Origin: an uncultured Acidobacteriota bacterium
GTDB lineage: Bacteria > Acidobacteriota > Polarisedimenticolia > JACPZX01
Reading direction: 5' to 3'
Length of the DNA stretch: 64,000 nt
Assembly (NCBI GenBank): GCA_964568735.1
Contig: CAZMRF010000001.1
Location: 46,699 to 110,698, forward strand
The notes under the pieces are model-generated. The model made no database searches. It saw nothing but the letters and a program-made list of their open reading frames with translations, and was not told where the DNA came from. Of the stretch, positions 26,891 to 37,354 are shown piece by piece; the stretch's first letter is position 1; each line of letters opens with the position of its first letter. The position numbers and the translations under genes are program-made.

Positions 26891-27993
26891 GCGGTCGCCG
26901 TCCGCCGTCCGGCTTCGAGCGAGCCCGCCCCCACCAGCGCGCGGTAGGCGTCGAGAAAACGGGCCATGTTCCTCTTCCATGATGCGGAGGCGACGATCTT
27001 CTCCCGGTTGACGCGGCGGGCCTCACGCCTCCACTCGAGGTCCTTCCACGCCGTGACGATCGCCCGCGCGTAGCCCTCCGTGTCGCGCGCCGGTACCAGG
27101 CGGCCACCCTCACCGTCGTGAATCCAGCAGCGGTTCGGCGCGTTGTCCGTCACGACGGGTACCACTCCGCAGGCCATCGCCTCGAGCAGCGACGACGAGG
27201 TCCCGTCGGTAGGCACCGCGGAGACGTAGAGGTGAGCGCTCCGGAGGAGCGAGGGCAGCTCGGCCCGGGCGACCGCGCCGAGGAACCGCACGGCGCCTTC
27301 GAGCCCGCCGCGGCGGCTCGCCGCTTCCAGCTCCTCGCGGGCTCCGCCCTCCCCCGCCAGCAGGTAGCGCACCTCCGGGACCTCCCGCCGAACCAGACGG
27401 ACCGCCTCCAGCAACGTCGCGAAGTTGTAGTAGCGCTCGAGCTGCCGGGTGCTGACCAGCGTGAGCGGAGGAGGCGGCATCTCGCCGGCGCTGAAGTGGT
27501 CGTCGTCGACCCCGCGAGGGAGCACCAGGATCTTCTCGCGGGCGGCTCCCAGTCGGACCAGGCTTTCGGCCATGGGAGGTGCCCAGGCATGGATGAGGTC
27601 GGCTCGCCGGGCCGCCCTGCGTGCGAAGACCCGGAAGAAGCCCGGCGTCTCGGGCGAGACGATGAACTGTCCCTGCGCCGCCAGCACCAGCGGATGGAAT
27701 CCCGTCAGCGAGGCGCTGAACCCGTAGGAGACGACCCTGTAGGCGACCAGGAGATCCGGGGCGACGCGGCGCAAGGCGCGCTTCAGCGAGGGTACGCAAG
27801 CAAAGAAGGCAGCCCGTCCGCGCATCCCCCCGGCCGACACCCGGTGGAAGGTGACTCCCTCGACGTCGGCCGGTGCGCCGGGCAGCACGAGCGCATGGAC
27901 CTCCACTCCCGGGCACGCGGCGAGCCAGGCGATCCACTCCCTGGTCCCGACGTAGGCCGTGTCACCGAAGAAGGCAATTCTCACTGGATGCAT
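26887..27993 (-). CDS. Glycosyltransferase family 4
   Basis: GT-B fold with a C-terminal E..E/GG motif region (LLAGEGGAREELE...VPTDGTSSSLLEAMACGVPVV). Confidence 0.75.
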   Translation of the reverse strand: MHPVRIAFFGDTAYVGTREWIAWLAACPGVEVHALVLPGAPADVEGVTFHRVSAGGMRGRAAFFACVPSLKRALRRVAPDLLVAYRVVSYGFSASLTGFHPLVLAAQGQFIVSPETPGFFRVFARRAARRADLIHAWAPPMAESLVRLGAAREKILVLPRGVDDDHFSAGEMPPPPLTLVSTRQLERYYNFATLLEAVRLVRREVPEVRYLLAGEGGAREELEAASRRGGLEGAVRFLGAVARAELPSLLRSAHLYVSAVPTDGTSSSLLEAMACGVVPVVTDNAPNRCWIHDGEGGRLVPARDTEGYARAIVTAWKDLEWRREARRVNREKIVASASWKRNMARFLDAYRALVGAGSLEAGRRTATA

Positions 27994-28102
27994 GCTCCGA
28001 AATGATCTGCCACGACTCGCTCCCGGAGGCGAAGCGCGGCCGGCTCGATCATGGTCTCCCCTCCCCACCTGGGCAACATTCCCGCGACTCCCGAACTTCC
28101 AT

Positions 28103-28882
28103 TCAGCTGCCGACCGTCGTCGTGCCGGCCTCGCGGTGGCGCGCGAAGAGATCCAGGAGCCCTTCGTCGCGGACGGGCGGAAGCGCGTGCTCCACCCTGG
28201 GCCTGCCCAGCAACAAGATGCGCGGCGCTCTCACGAGCACGAGGAGCACCGTTCTGAGAATAATCATCATGTCCCCCGCCACCGACCAATTGCGCACGTA
28301 CTGAAGATCTACGGCGACCCTCCTGGGGAGCTGGTCGCGGAAATAGAACTCCTGGGGCTCCATGCCCTCCGGGATGATCTCATTCGTCATGTCGGGGAAG
28401 ACGAGGATCTGGAGAAGGCCCGTCAGCCCGGGGCGGGCCCGGAGGATCTCCCGGCGCACCGGCACGGGGTAGTGGAGGTCGAGAACCTCCGCCTCTTCGG
28501 GGCGAGGCCCCACGATGGACATCTCCCCGCGCAGGACGTTGAAGACCTGGGGAAGCTCGTCGAGCTTCGTGGTTCTCAGGAAGCGCCCCGGTCGTGTGAT
28601 GCGCGCGTCGTCGGCTTCGGTGATCTTCGGCCCTCCGCCTCCAGAAGCCACGCGCATCGTCCTGAACTTCACGATCTCGAAGACGCTCCCCCGGTAGCCC
28701 GCCCTGCGCGCCCGGTACAAAATCGGACCCGGGGAGGAGAGGCGGACCGCCGCGGCCACGACCAGGAAGAGCGGGGCGAGGACAAACAGGGAGGGGACCG
28801 CGAGGACCAGATCGAACCATCGCTTGGCCGCTCCTCCTACGGGCCCTGCCTCGCCTTCCCCGGGCCCGGCGGGATCCGTCAT
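28103..28882 (-). CDS. Undecaprenyl-phosphate sugar phosphotransferase (bacterial sugar transferase, WbaP/PglC-like priming enzyme)
   Basis: KRWFDL...PILYRARRAGYRGSVFEIVKFRTM...DELPQVFNVLRGEMSIVGPRP is the canonical motif set. Its start overlaps the upstream gene stop. Confidence 0.8.
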   Translation of the reverse strand: MTDPAGPGEGEAGPVGGAAKRWFDLVLAVPSLFVLAPLFLVVAAAVRLSSPGPILYRARRAGYRGSVFEIVKFRTMRVASGGGGPKITEADDARITRPGRFLRTTKLDELPQVFNVLRGEMSIVGPRPEEAEVLDLHYPVPVRREILRARPGLTGLLQILVFPDMTNEIIPEGMEPQEFYFRDQLPRRVAVDLQYVRNWSVAGDMMIILRTVLLVLVRAPRILLLGRPRVEHALPPVRDEGLLDLFARHREAGTTTVGS

Positions 28883-30228
28883 CACGGCGCCCCCCCACCG
28901 CGAGCGGTCTGCGGCTCGCTTTCCCGAGCGGCGATCTCGGAGATGACGAAGCGGTACTTCCCCGAGGCGGCGCGCGGGATGCCGGGGATCTGCTCCCAGG
29001 AGATCACGAAGCCGGGGTCGCCATGGCTCCGGATGGCGTTTTCCATCTTCGCCATCTCCGGAGCGGAAAGGGCGCCCGGAGGGGCGATCCGGATAAGGAG
29101 CTCGCTCCTGGAGCGCTGGATGACCTGGAACTCCCTGACGTTTCCCTGCCCGTAGAAGAGATGAGTGAAGAACTCGCCGTGGATCGAGCGTCCCGAGGGG
29201 GAGAGCACCAGGTCGCTCCTGCGGCCGATGACCTTCGCGATGAGCGGCAGCTGCCGGCCGCACGGGCAGCCGCCGCCCCCGGCATCCACGAGGTCGTCGT
29301 TCCGGTAGCGGATCAGGGGCATCGAGTAGTTCGTCAGCAGCGTGACCAGGAGCCGCCCCTCCGGGTCGGTTTCCACGATGACGTTCTCGGCATTGACGTG
29401 CCAGCCCGATCCCGAGCCGCACTCGTGCGCGATGACCCCCGCCTCGCGGCATCCGTAGCGATCCAGCACGGCGCAGCCGAAGGCGCTCGCGATGTCGCGG
29501 CGCACCTCCGGCATGAGCACTTCGGCCGAGCTCTCCACGGCCCGGAGGCGCGGCCCGCCGCCGCGGCGAAGCGCGTGGCGCGCCAGCAGGGCGAGCGATG
29601 AGGCGTACCCGACGAGCAGGACCCTGCCCGACTGATCGAGCTGCTCCAGGAAGCGATCCATGTCCTCCGCCGTCACCGAGAAGGCGTTGAGCCACTTGAC
29701 GCCCAGCAGGGCATCCCTCAGCGCCCCCTTCCCGCGGTGGTGGCGGGAGTCCACGTCCGATCCCCACAGGTAGGCCAGCGGATCCCCGATCTCCCATCCG
29801 CACCAGAGGAAGCCGCGGTACATCGCCGCCTGGTTGCGTCTCCAGTGTTCCGGGTCCTGAAGAAAGGTGAGAGGTGTCCCGGTCGACCCCCCGGTGGCGC
29901 TCTCGTAAGCCCCTCGCCGGGCGGCATCCTCCGATGCGAGCTCCGAGCGGCGGGCCCGGAGGCTCTCGCGCGAGAGAGGAGGGAGCGCGGCCAGGATCTC
30001 CCGAGGCGCCGCCGCGCGGGGATCGACCCCGAGCCTGCCGAAGAGATCGCGGTAGAAGGGGACGCGGGCGGCGGAATGCGCGAGGAGCGCCCCGAGGCGC
30101 AGATCTTGATGCCGCCTGATCTCCTCCCCGCTCGACCACTCCGAGCGCTGGAGCGCGGCGAGCGCCCCGAGGACACCCCTCCGGCGCGTGCTCAGCCAGG
30201 CCCTGTGAGCGAGCCGGTTCAGGAACAA
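28882..30228 (-). CDS. Phenylacetate-CoA-ligase-like adenylate-forming enzyme (CapK / coenzyme F390 synthetase family)
   Basis: TGGSTGTPL P-loop-like motif, and a C-terminal GKYRF with PaaK-family length and order. Confidence 0.7.
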   Translation of the reverse strand: MFLNRLAHRAWLSTRRRGVLGALAALQRSEWSSGEEIRRHQDLRLGALLAHSAARVPFYRDLFGRLGVDPRAAAPREILAALPPLSRESLRARRSELASEDAARRGAYESATGGSTGTPLTFLQDPEHWRRNQAAMYRGFLWCGWEIGDPLAYLWGSDVDSRHHRGKGALRDALLGVKWLNAFSVTAEDMDRFLEQLDQSGRVLLVGYASSLALLARHALRRGGGPRLRAVESSAEVLMPEVRRDIASAFGCAVLDRYGCREAGVIAHECGSGSGWHVNAENVIVETDPEGRLLVTLLTNYSMPLIRYRNDDLVDAGGGGCPCGRQLPLIAKVIGRRSDLVLSPSGRSIHGEFFTHLFYGQGNVREFQVIQRSRSELLIRIAPPGALSAPEMAKMENAIRSHGDPGFVISWEQIPGIPRAASGKYRFVISEIAARESEPQTARGGGAP

Positions 30229-30273
30229 GAGTCCTCTCCATGGCAGCGGCGCCGGGATGCGCCCGCTCTTGTC

Positions 30274-31428
30274 TCAGCGCCGGTGGGTCCGGACCACGTC
30301 GCTGACGGCATCGATCACCTGCGCGACCTCCTCGTCCGTCATCGCCGAAAAGAGGGGAAGGCTGATGATCGTGCGGAAGACTTCGTCCGCCACCGGGAAC
30401 TGCCCGGCGCTCAGGCCGAGGCGGCGCTGGTAGTGCGGATGCATGTGGAGCGGGATGAAGTGCACGCTCGTCCCTATGCCTCTTTCAGCCAGCTCCTTGA
30501 TGAAGTCGCCCCTCCCGATGCGGAGCAGCGGCTCCTTGATCCGGATGATGTAGAGGTGCCAGGCGTGCTCGACGCCTGCTCTCGTGCCGGGCAGGGTGAG
30601 TGCCTCGAGCCGGCCGAAGGCCTCGTCGTAGGCAGCGACGATCTCCCGGCGGCGCCGCTGCATGCCCTCGAGGCGTTCGAGCTGCTTCAGGCCGATCGCG
30701 GCCGCCAGGTCCGGAAAGTTGTACTTGTAGCCGTGCTCCACGATCTCGTAGTACCAGGCGCCTCGGTCACGGTAGCGGCGCCAGCCGTCCCGGCTCATCC
30801 CGTGGTAGCCGATGGTGCGGACGCGCTCCCGGAGGCCGGGGTCCCGGCCCGTGATCATCCCGCCTTCCCCCGTCGTCAGGTTCTTCGTGGCGTAGAAGGA
30901 GAAGCAGGTGAGGTCGGAGATGGACCCGATCGTCCTTCCGTGGTAGGTGGAAGGGAGGGCATGGGCGGCATCCTCGATGACCTTCGCTCCCGCCTTCGAG
31001 GCGATCTGGAGGATCGGATCCATGTCGCAGGGATGGCCGGCGATGTGCACGGGGAGAATGGCCCGGGTGCGCGGGGTCACGGCCGCCTCCACGAGCGCGG
31101 GGTTCAGATTGAAGGTGTCCGGATCGATATCGACGAGGACGGGGATCGCCCTCGCCTGGAGGATCGACGCCGCCGTGGCCGTGAAGGTGTTCACGGTGGT
31201 GATCACTTCGCAGCCCTCCCCCACCCCCGCCGCCTCGAGCGAGAGATGAAGGCCCGCCGTGCATGACGAGACGGCCACGGCCCAGGGGGCGTTGACGCTC
31301 TCGGCGAATGCCGCTTCGAACTGCTCGCTCCTCGGACCCGTGGTGATCCACCCCGACCTCAGCGCGGCCACGACCTCGGAGATCTCCGCCTCACCGATGT
31401 CGGGGCGGCAGAACGGAACGCTCTTCAT
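30274..31428 (-). CDS. DegT/DnrJ/EryC1/StrS-family sugar aminotransferase (PLP-dependent)
   Basis: SFYATKNLTTGEGGM has the PLP-lysine context, over a full-length DegT fold. Confidence 0.85.
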   Translation of the reverse strand: MKSVPFCRPDIGEAEISEVVAALRSGWITTGPRSEQFEAAFAESVNAPWAVAVSSCTAGLHLSLEAAGVGEGCEVITTVNTFTATAASILQARAIPVLVDIDPDTFNLNPALVEAAVTPRTRAILPVHIAGHPCDMDPILQIASKAGAKVIEDAAHALPSTYHGRTIGSISDLTCFSFYATKNLTTGEGGMITGRDPGLRERVRTIGYHGMSRDGWRRYRDRGAWYYEIVEHGYKYNFPDLAAAIGLKQLERLEGMQRRRREIVAAYDEAFGRLEALTLPGTRAGVEHAWHLYIIRIKEPLLRIGRGDFIKELAERGIGTSVHFIPLHMHPHYQRRLGLSAGQFPVADEVFRTIISLPLFSAMTDEEVAQVIDAVSDVVRTHRR

Positions 31429-32585
31429 GACGACAGGCTCCCTCCCTCGCTCTTCCTCTGATCCCAGTGGCGCTGGAGCGGTCCCCCCGAGGTGAGATCT
31501 TCATAAAGCTGCTCGTGGCGCGTCACGAGATGATTCACTCCGAAGATGGCCATGACTCGCTCCCTTCCCGCCTCTCCCATCCGCCGGGCCTGTTCGCGAT
31601 CCGAGCAGATCTTCACGACCGCGGTGGCGAGCGCCTCGGGGTTCCCCCGGGGCACGACGAGCCCCGTCCTGCCTTCGTCGATCACCTCCGGGTTGCCCCC
31701 GGCGTCGGAGACGACCACGGGCAGGCCCGTCGACATCCCCTCCAGCGCCGCGTTCGCGAACCCCTCGTTGAGCGAGGGCAGGACCAGGAGGTCCATGCCC
31801 GCGAGCACCGCGGGGATGTCGCGCCGGTCGCCCAGCAGGCTCACGTGGTCCGCGACGCCGCTCTCGGCCACGGCGCGCTCCAGCTCCGCCCGCTGGGGGC
31901 CCTCCCCTGCCATGACGATTCTCGCTCCGGGCAGCGACTCGACGATCCGCCGGGCCGCGCGGGCGAGGACGACCTGTCCCTTGTCGGGATGGAGGCGGCC
32001 GACACAGCCCACGACAGGCCCCTGGGCGTCGCGGCTCCGGGCTCCCGAGCCGTTCCTGAAGGGGAACTTCGCCGTGTCGACCCCCCCGTAAATGATGCCG
32101 ATCCTCGAGGGATGCAACCGGTCCCTTTCGACGAGAATGCGCCGCACGGCCTCGCAGTTGACGAGGACCACGTCCGCCGCACGGTAGTAGAACCATCTCC
32201 CGGCATCGGCGCGAAGACTTTCAGGCCCGTACAGCCCCTGCTCGCAGACCACGAGGCGCAGCCGGCGCCGCATCAGCTTGAGCAGCGCTCCGTAGAGATT
32301 GCCGTGGAAGTGGAAGCCGTGGAGGATGCCGATGGAGCGCTCGTCGATCCACCGGGTCAGCGAGCGGAAGAAGCGCGCCGCCCGCACGGTGAAGAGGGAA
32401 TCGAATCCCGCCTCCCGGATCTCGACCCCCAGCTCCTCCACGAGGGGCAGGAGGCCCCCCTCCTTCCTGAAGCAGAGCACGTAGGGGCGGAACTTCCGCC
32501 GATCCATGCGCCTCAGGATCTCGAGGAGCTGCGTTTCGGTCCCGCCGCTCTTGAACGAGCTGACGATGTAGAGCACTCCGGTCAT
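31425..32585 (-). CDS. Glycosyltransferase family 4
   Basis: LPSLNEGFANAALEGMSTGLPVVVSD...G E(X7)E-type GT-B C-terminal motif. Confidence 0.8.
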   Translation of the reverse strand: MTGVLYIVSSFKSGGTETQLLEILRRMDRRKFRPYVLCFRKEGGLLPLVEELGVEIREAGFDSLFTVRAARFFRSLTRWIDERSIGILHGFHFHGNLYGALLKLMRRRLRLVVCEQGLYGPESLRADAGRWFYYRAADVVLVNCEAVRRILVERDRLHPSRIGIIYGGVDTAKFPFRNGSGARSRDAQGPVVGCVGRLHPDKGQVVLARAARRIVESLPGARIVMAGEGPQRAELERAVAESGVADHVSLLGDRRDIPAVLAGMDLLVLPSLNEGFANAALEGMSTGLPVVVSDAGGNPEVIDEGRTGLVVPRGNPEALATAVVKICSDREQARRMGEAGRERVMAIFGVNHLVTRHEQLYEDLTSGGPLQRHWDQRKSEGGSLSS

Positions 32586-33625
32586 CGTGCCGCGCTCCTT
32601 CCCGGAGGCCGGTCGAGCCCGGGAGATCGGCCTCCCATCGAGGCCAGCGCGCCGGCCAGGAAGCCAAACCCGTAGGCCAGGTGCAGGGCGAGCGTAGCGA
32701 CGGGGACGAGGAGCCAGGCGCCGGGATCCTTCAGCCCCCCGGGCAGGCTGAGAGCGAGGCTGAGGCCCGCATGAACGAGCAGGAGGAGGACGAGCAGACC
32801 GGCGGCCCGGGGAGACACGAGAGCGGCCATCACGAGCGCGAGGAGGGCGACGGCGAAGCCCGACGGGATGAGGTGCCTGGGCCGCACCATGCCCGGGTGC
32901 AGAGCGGCGACACGGATCTTGTAGTAGCCGTACTGGAAGTACTGCCTGAAGAGGGCCCGGATGGACTCACGGGGGCAGTAGCTGGAGCGCATCGAGGGAA
33001 CGAGATAGACCCGGCCGCCGCTGGCCCTCACCCGGTAGTTGAACTCGTCGTCCTGGTTCCGCACCAGCCCCTCGTCGAACCAGCCGAACCGGTCGAAGAC
33101 GTCGCGGCGGAAGGTGCCCATGTAGGCGCTCTCCGCTTCCTCCTCGGACGCCGCGTAGTGGAAGCGCGATCCCCCGACGCCCATCGGGTTGCTCGTCGCC
33201 ATGGCCACGGCGCGTCCGACGGAGCCGCGCCCCCGCGCGGTCATGTTCCCTCCCACGACGTCGGCGCCCGTCCGGGCGAGAGCGTTCACCGCCTCGCGGA
33301 CATAGTCGGGCTCGACGATCGTGTGCCCGTCGATCCTGACGATGACCTCGCCGGCGCAGGCGCGGATCGCCGCGTTGAGGCCCGTGGGTACGATCCGGCC
33401 GGGGTTGTCGACGATGCGGATCCGGCCATCCCTCGCGGCGAGATCCGAGACCACCCGGCGCGTCGAGTCCTCGGAGAGACCGTCGGCTACGAGCACCTCG
33501 AGGCGCTCTCTCGGGTAGTCCTGGGCGAGCACCGCCTCCAGGCAGGGACCGATGTGCGCGGCCTCGTTGCGAATGGGGAGGACGACGCTCACCATCGGGA
33601 TCGACGAGGGCCCGTCACCGCTCAT
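32582..33625 (-). CDS. Glycosyltransferase family 2 with C-terminal TM helices
   Basis: VSVVLPIRNEA...DGLSEDST...RIDGHT (DXD/GT-A motifs). Its start overlaps the upstream gene stop. Confidence 0.8.
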   Translation of the reverse strand: MSGDGPSSIPMVSVVLPIRNEAAHIGPCLEAVLAQDYPRERLEVLVADGLSEDSTRRVVSDLAARDGRIRIVDNPGRIVPTGLNAAIRACAGEVIVRIDGHTIVEPDYVREAVNALARTGADVVGGNMTARGRGSVGRAVAMATSNPMGVGGSRFHYAASEEEAESAYMGTFRRDVFDRFGWFDEGLVRNQDDEFNYRVRASGGRVYLVPSMRSSYCPRESIRALFRQYFQYGYYKIRVAALHPGMVRPRHLIPSGFAVALLALVMAALVSPRAAGLLVLLLLVHAGLSLALSLPGGLKDPGAWLLVPVATLALHLAYGFGFLAGALASMGGRSPGLDRPPGRSAAR

Positions 33626-34773
33626 GGGGAGGCGGCCCCGCGGGCGCGCCCTGCCGAAGCGCTCGACTGGAGCAGCCGGGCGTAGAGCTCCTGTGTCGTC
33701 CCGACCATCCGCTCGAGCGAGAATCGCTCCCTGACGAGCTGGAGGCCCGCACCACCCATCTTCCGCCCCTTCTCCGGGTCGCCCACGACATCGAGCAGGG
33801 CGCGTGTGTAGGCCTCCGAGTCCCGGATCGGCACCAGGCGACCCGTCAGGCCGTCCTTGACGAGCTGATCCGTCCCGCCCGCCTCCGTGGCAACCACGGG
33901 CAGGCCGCTCGCCATGGCCTCCAGCACGACGTTGGGACAGCCCTCCCGATCGGAACAGAGGGCGAGCACGTCGATGTTGCGCAGCAGCTCGGGGATGTCG
34001 CGCCTGATGCCCAGGAGGCGGAAGGCGGACCCCATCCCCAGCTCGTCGATCCGCTTCTGCACCTCCTCGCGCAACGGCCCGTCTCCGGCGATGAAGAAGC
34101 GCGCCGAGGGGATCTGCTTCACGACGCGCGCCGCGGATTCCACCATGAGCAGGGGGTTCTTCTTCGGCAGGAGGCTCATCACCGCGCCCACGATCCGGAT
34201 CCCGTCTTCGGGCCAGAGCTCCCTGCGAACCGGACCGGGGCCGTCGGCGGGCGGGTGGTAGACGCCGAGATTCACGCCGTTGGGGATCATCGCGAGCCGG
34301 TCGGGGCGGACCTTGATCCTCTCCGCGAGGAATTGCCCGATCCTGGGAGCCTCGTAGATGACGGCATCGGCCGCGTGGGTCGCCCAGCGCTCCATCGCCC
34401 TCCGGATCGGGCCCATCCACACTCCCAGGTTCCCGACGAACTGGACGGTGAGGGGGACGCCGCTCAGGCGCCCCGCCAGCGCGCCGCGCCAGTTCGACGG
34501 AAAGAGATAGGTGTGGAGGATCACGGGGCGGACCTTCCGGATCAGCGTCGCCAGCAAAGCGAGGACCTTCACCTCCGTGCTCCGTGTCTTGTGGAGCACG
34601 TGCACCGGGCAGAGAGCGGCGAACTCCCGCTCGAGCTGTCCGCCCCTCCTGAACGTGACGACTTCGGCGGAATAACGGGATCGGTCGAGCCCTTCGATGA
34701 GCTGGAAGAGCTGCCTCTCGCCGCCGCCGACACCGAGCTGGCCGATGACGTACAGGACTTTCGTCGCGCTCAT
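33622..34773 (-). CDS. Glycosyltransferase family 4
   Basis: LALCSDREGCPNVVLEAMASGLPVVATEAGG GT-B motif. Confidence 0.8.
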   Translation of the reverse strand: MSATKVLYVIGQLGVGGGERQLFQLIEGLDRSRYSAEVVTFRRGGQLEREFAALCPVHVLHKTRSTEVKVLALLATLIRKVRPVILHTYLFPSNWRGALAGRLSGVPLTVQFVGNLGVWMGPIRRAMERWATHAADAVIYEAPRIGQFLAERIKVRPDRLAMIPNGVNLGVYHPPADGPGPVRRELWPEDGIRIVGAVMSLLPKKNPLLMVESAARVVKQIPSARFFIAGDGPLREEVQKRIDELGMGSAFRLLGIRRDIPELLRNIDVLALCSDREGCPNVVLEAMASGLPVVATEAGGTDQLVKDGLTGRLVPIRDSEAYTRALLDVVGDPEKGRKMGGAGLQLVRERFSLERMVGTTQELYARLLQSSASAGRARGAASP

Positions 34774-36203
34774 GACACCAGCTCGTAGAGGGGCCTCCCC
34801 TCGCTCGGGGCCTCCACGGGGAGAGCCTCCGGGATGGGCCGTGCCGCCGCGAAGGTCGAGGCCTGGCTCACCACGGCCGCGAGAACCCAGAACTGTCCAT
34901 TCACCTCGACCTGGAAGAAGATGTCGATGCCCAGAGCCCCGATCGCGAGCGCCACCGTATACCCCAGCATCCCCACCCCCAGGGCCCTGATCTCCGGGTC
35001 TCCCCTCACCCGACCCGCCCGGATGCTGTCCCGGCAGAACAGGGCCACAAGGGCGAGCAGGCAGAGGAGAGCCGGGATTCCCGCTTCGGTGACCGTCTTG
35101 AGGTAGATATTATGGCTGGCTTTCCAGCGTACGACCTCCGAGTAGTTGTGGAGATAGAAGGGGAAGACCCCAAAGCCGACGCCCAGAGGGTAGTCCAGCA
35201 TCATCTTGTAGCCGGCTTCCCACACCACCAGCCTTCCCTGCAGGGAAGGATCGAGCCGCATCGCCGCGTGCCCCTGGGCCGCATCCGCCGTGTTCTCGGC
35301 GATCTCCTCGCTGACCATCGCCAGCAAGGCGGACTCCTGGTCCCCCCGGCCGTCCTTGAATCTCCAGAACTCCTGTTCCTTGGTGATGAGGGTCTCGTCG
35401 AGGCGCCCCTTGACGCTGTCGGGCACCCACAGGCCCCCAAGGGCCAGCGCGACGGAGGCCAGGACGAGCACGCGCTTGTTCACCCAGAGCGTCACGATGG
35501 CGAAGCCGATCAGCGCCGAGAGCCAGGCCCCCCGGCTGAGCGTGCCCACGAGCCCCAGCGTGGAGACGCCGAGCCCCAGGGCCAGCTCCCGCCAGCGTGG
35601 ATTGGGGCGGGGCAGGAGGAGCAGGAGCGCGAGGAGGAGCGCGACCGAGCTGGCCAGGAAGGCCCCCATGTTGTTGGGCTCCGCGAGGTGCCCCGTGACC
35701 CGGCCGGGGTGCAGCACGATCCACTCGAAACAGGCATATCCGGCCTCCACGATGATGCCGGCGACGGTGGCCCGCACGACATCGATCATCTCCTCCCGGC
35801 TCCGGATGAAGTGGCCCACGAGCGCGTAGATCAACAGGCACAGGATGAGCGCGCGGAAGACCATGATGTTGCGGTAGGGATCCCAGAGGCCCGGGTAGAA
35901 GTCGGGCTCGAAGGTCATCACCGTGTTGATGAACGCCGCCGTGAAGAAGATGCTCAGGGCCGTGAGCAGCGGCCAGTGCTTGATCGTCCCGCCCGGCACT
36001 CCCTTCGGCGCCGGATCTCTCGCGCACGAGAAGAGCGCCACGACGAAGAGGATGTTCTGGTAGTTCAGCAGGGGAATCGGAAGGGCTGGAAGCCTCCTCG
36101 ACAGGGGAAGCGAGAAGGCCAGCACCATGAGGGCCCAGCGCCGGCTGCGAAGGGCCATCCCCAGCAAGACCAGCTCGAGGATCCAGTAGGCGTACTCGCT
36201 CAT
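34770..36203 (-). CDS. O-antigen ligase / Wzy-like polysaccharide polymerase family membrane protein
   Basis: About 10-12 TM helices with a central periplasmic loop (TLGLVGTLSRGAWLS) typical of the O-antigen-ligase family. Confidence 0.65.
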   Translation of the reverse strand: MSEYAYWILELVLLGMALRSRRWALMVLAFSLPLSRRLPALPIPLLNYQNILFVVALFSCARDPAPKGVPGGTIKHWPLLTALSIFFTAAFINTVMTFEPDFYPGLWDPYRNIMVFRALILCLLIYALVGHFIRSREEMIDVVRATVAGIIVEAGYACFEWIVLHPGRVTGHLAEPNNMGAFLASSVALLLALLLLLPRPNPRWRELALGLGVSTLGLVGTLSRGAWLSALIGFAIVTLWVNKRVLVLASVALALGGLWVPDSVKGRLDETLITKEQEFWRFKDGRGDQESALLAMVSEEIAENTADAAQGHAAMRLDPSLQGRLVVWEAGYKMMLDYPLGVGFGVFPFYLHNYSEVVRWKASHNIYLKTVTEAGIPALLCLLALVALFCRDSIRAGRVRGDPEIRALGVGMLGYTVALAIGALGIDIFFQVEVNGQFWVLAAVVSQASTFAAARPIPEALPVEAPSEGRPLYELVS

Positions 36204-37354
36204 GGCCTGCCCGCCCGGCGCGCGCGGGCTCCCCTGGCGGGGGGCGCGTATCTCGCGAGGATCTCGGAGACGATGCGACGGGAGGCCCGGCCGTCACCGT
36301 ACGGATTGGCCCGGCGGGCCATGGCGCGCCAGGCGGCCCGGCTCCGGAGCAGTCGCAGGACCTCCCCCTCGATGACCTTCTCGTCCGTTCCCACGAGCCG
36401 TGAAACCCCTGCCTCGACACCCTCGGGCCGCTCCGTCGTCCGGCGTGCCACGAGGACAGGGACCCCCAGGGAGGGGGCCTCCTCCTGGACTCCGCCCGAG
36501 TCCGTGAGGATCAGGTACGCGCGGCTCATGAGATGCACGAAGGGAATGTAGTCCAGCGGCGGGAGGAGGACGATGCGCTCCCGCGCGGCCAGGAGCCGCC
36601 GGACGGGCCCGTCCACGTTCGGGTTCCGGTGCAGCGGCAGGATCACGTGGAGGTCCGGGACGGCGGCCACGACCCTGAGGATTGCCCTGCAGATGTTCGC
36701 GAGGGGCTCGTTGAAGTTCTCGCGCCGGTGGGTGGTCACGAGGAGGATCCGCCCTTCCGGAAGGCGCAGGGCAGCCTTCCCCCGCGGCGGGGCCCGGTGC
36801 CTCAGGATCCAGAAGAGAGCATCGATGACGGTGTTCCCGCTCACGAAGATGGTGGCCGGATCGACCCCTTCGCGCAGGAGGTTCTCTCGCGAGAGGCTGG
36901 TCGGCGCGAGGTGGAGCGAGGTGAGCGCGGTGGTCAGGCGCCTGCACATCTCCTCGGGGAATGGGTTGTACCTGTCGCTGGTTCGGAGCCCCGCCTCGAC
37001 GTGGGCGACGGGGATCTTGTGGAGGAAGGCGGCCATCGCCGCCGCGAAGGTGGTGGCGGTGTCACCCTGCACCACGACGAGGTCGGGCCGGATCTCGCCG
37101 AGGACGGGATCGAGGCCGGTCAGGATCCGCGCCGTGACCTCGCCGGGGCTCTGCCCCGGCCTCATCACATCGAGGTCGCGCCCGGGCCGGATGCGGAAGG
37201 TCCTGAGCACCTGGTCCAGCATGTCCCGGTGCTGCGCCGTCACGACGACGCTGGTGGAGATCCCGCTGCGGCGCTTCATCTCCATGATGAGCGGAGCCAG
37301 CTTGATGGCCTCGGGGCGCGTGCCGAAGATGGTGGCCACCCTGAGGCGCCTCAC
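36200..37354 (-). CDS. wecB: UDP-N-acetylglucosamine 2-epimerase (non-hydrolysing)
   Basis: N-terminal FGTRPEAIKLAPL and an internal HVEAGLRT, both WecB signatures. Confidence 0.85.
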   Translation of the reverse strand: MRRLRVATIFGTRPEAIKLAPLIMEMKRRSGISTSVVVTAQHRDMLDQVLRTFRIRPGRDLDVMRPGQSPGEVTARILTGLDPVLGEIRPDLVVVQGDTATTFAAAMAAFLHKIPVAHVEAGLRTSDRYNPFPEEMCRRLTTALTSLHLAPTSLSRENLLREGVDPATIFVSGNTVIDALFWILRHRAPPRGKAALRLPEGRILLVTTHRRENFNEPLANICRAILRVVAAVPDLHVILPLHRNPNVDGPVRRLLAARERIVLLPPLDYIPFVHLMSRAYLILTDSGGVQEEAPSLGVPVLVARRTTERPEGVEAGVSRLVGTDEKVIEGEVLRLLRSRAAWRAMARRANPYGDGRASRRIVSEILARYAPPARGARARRAGRP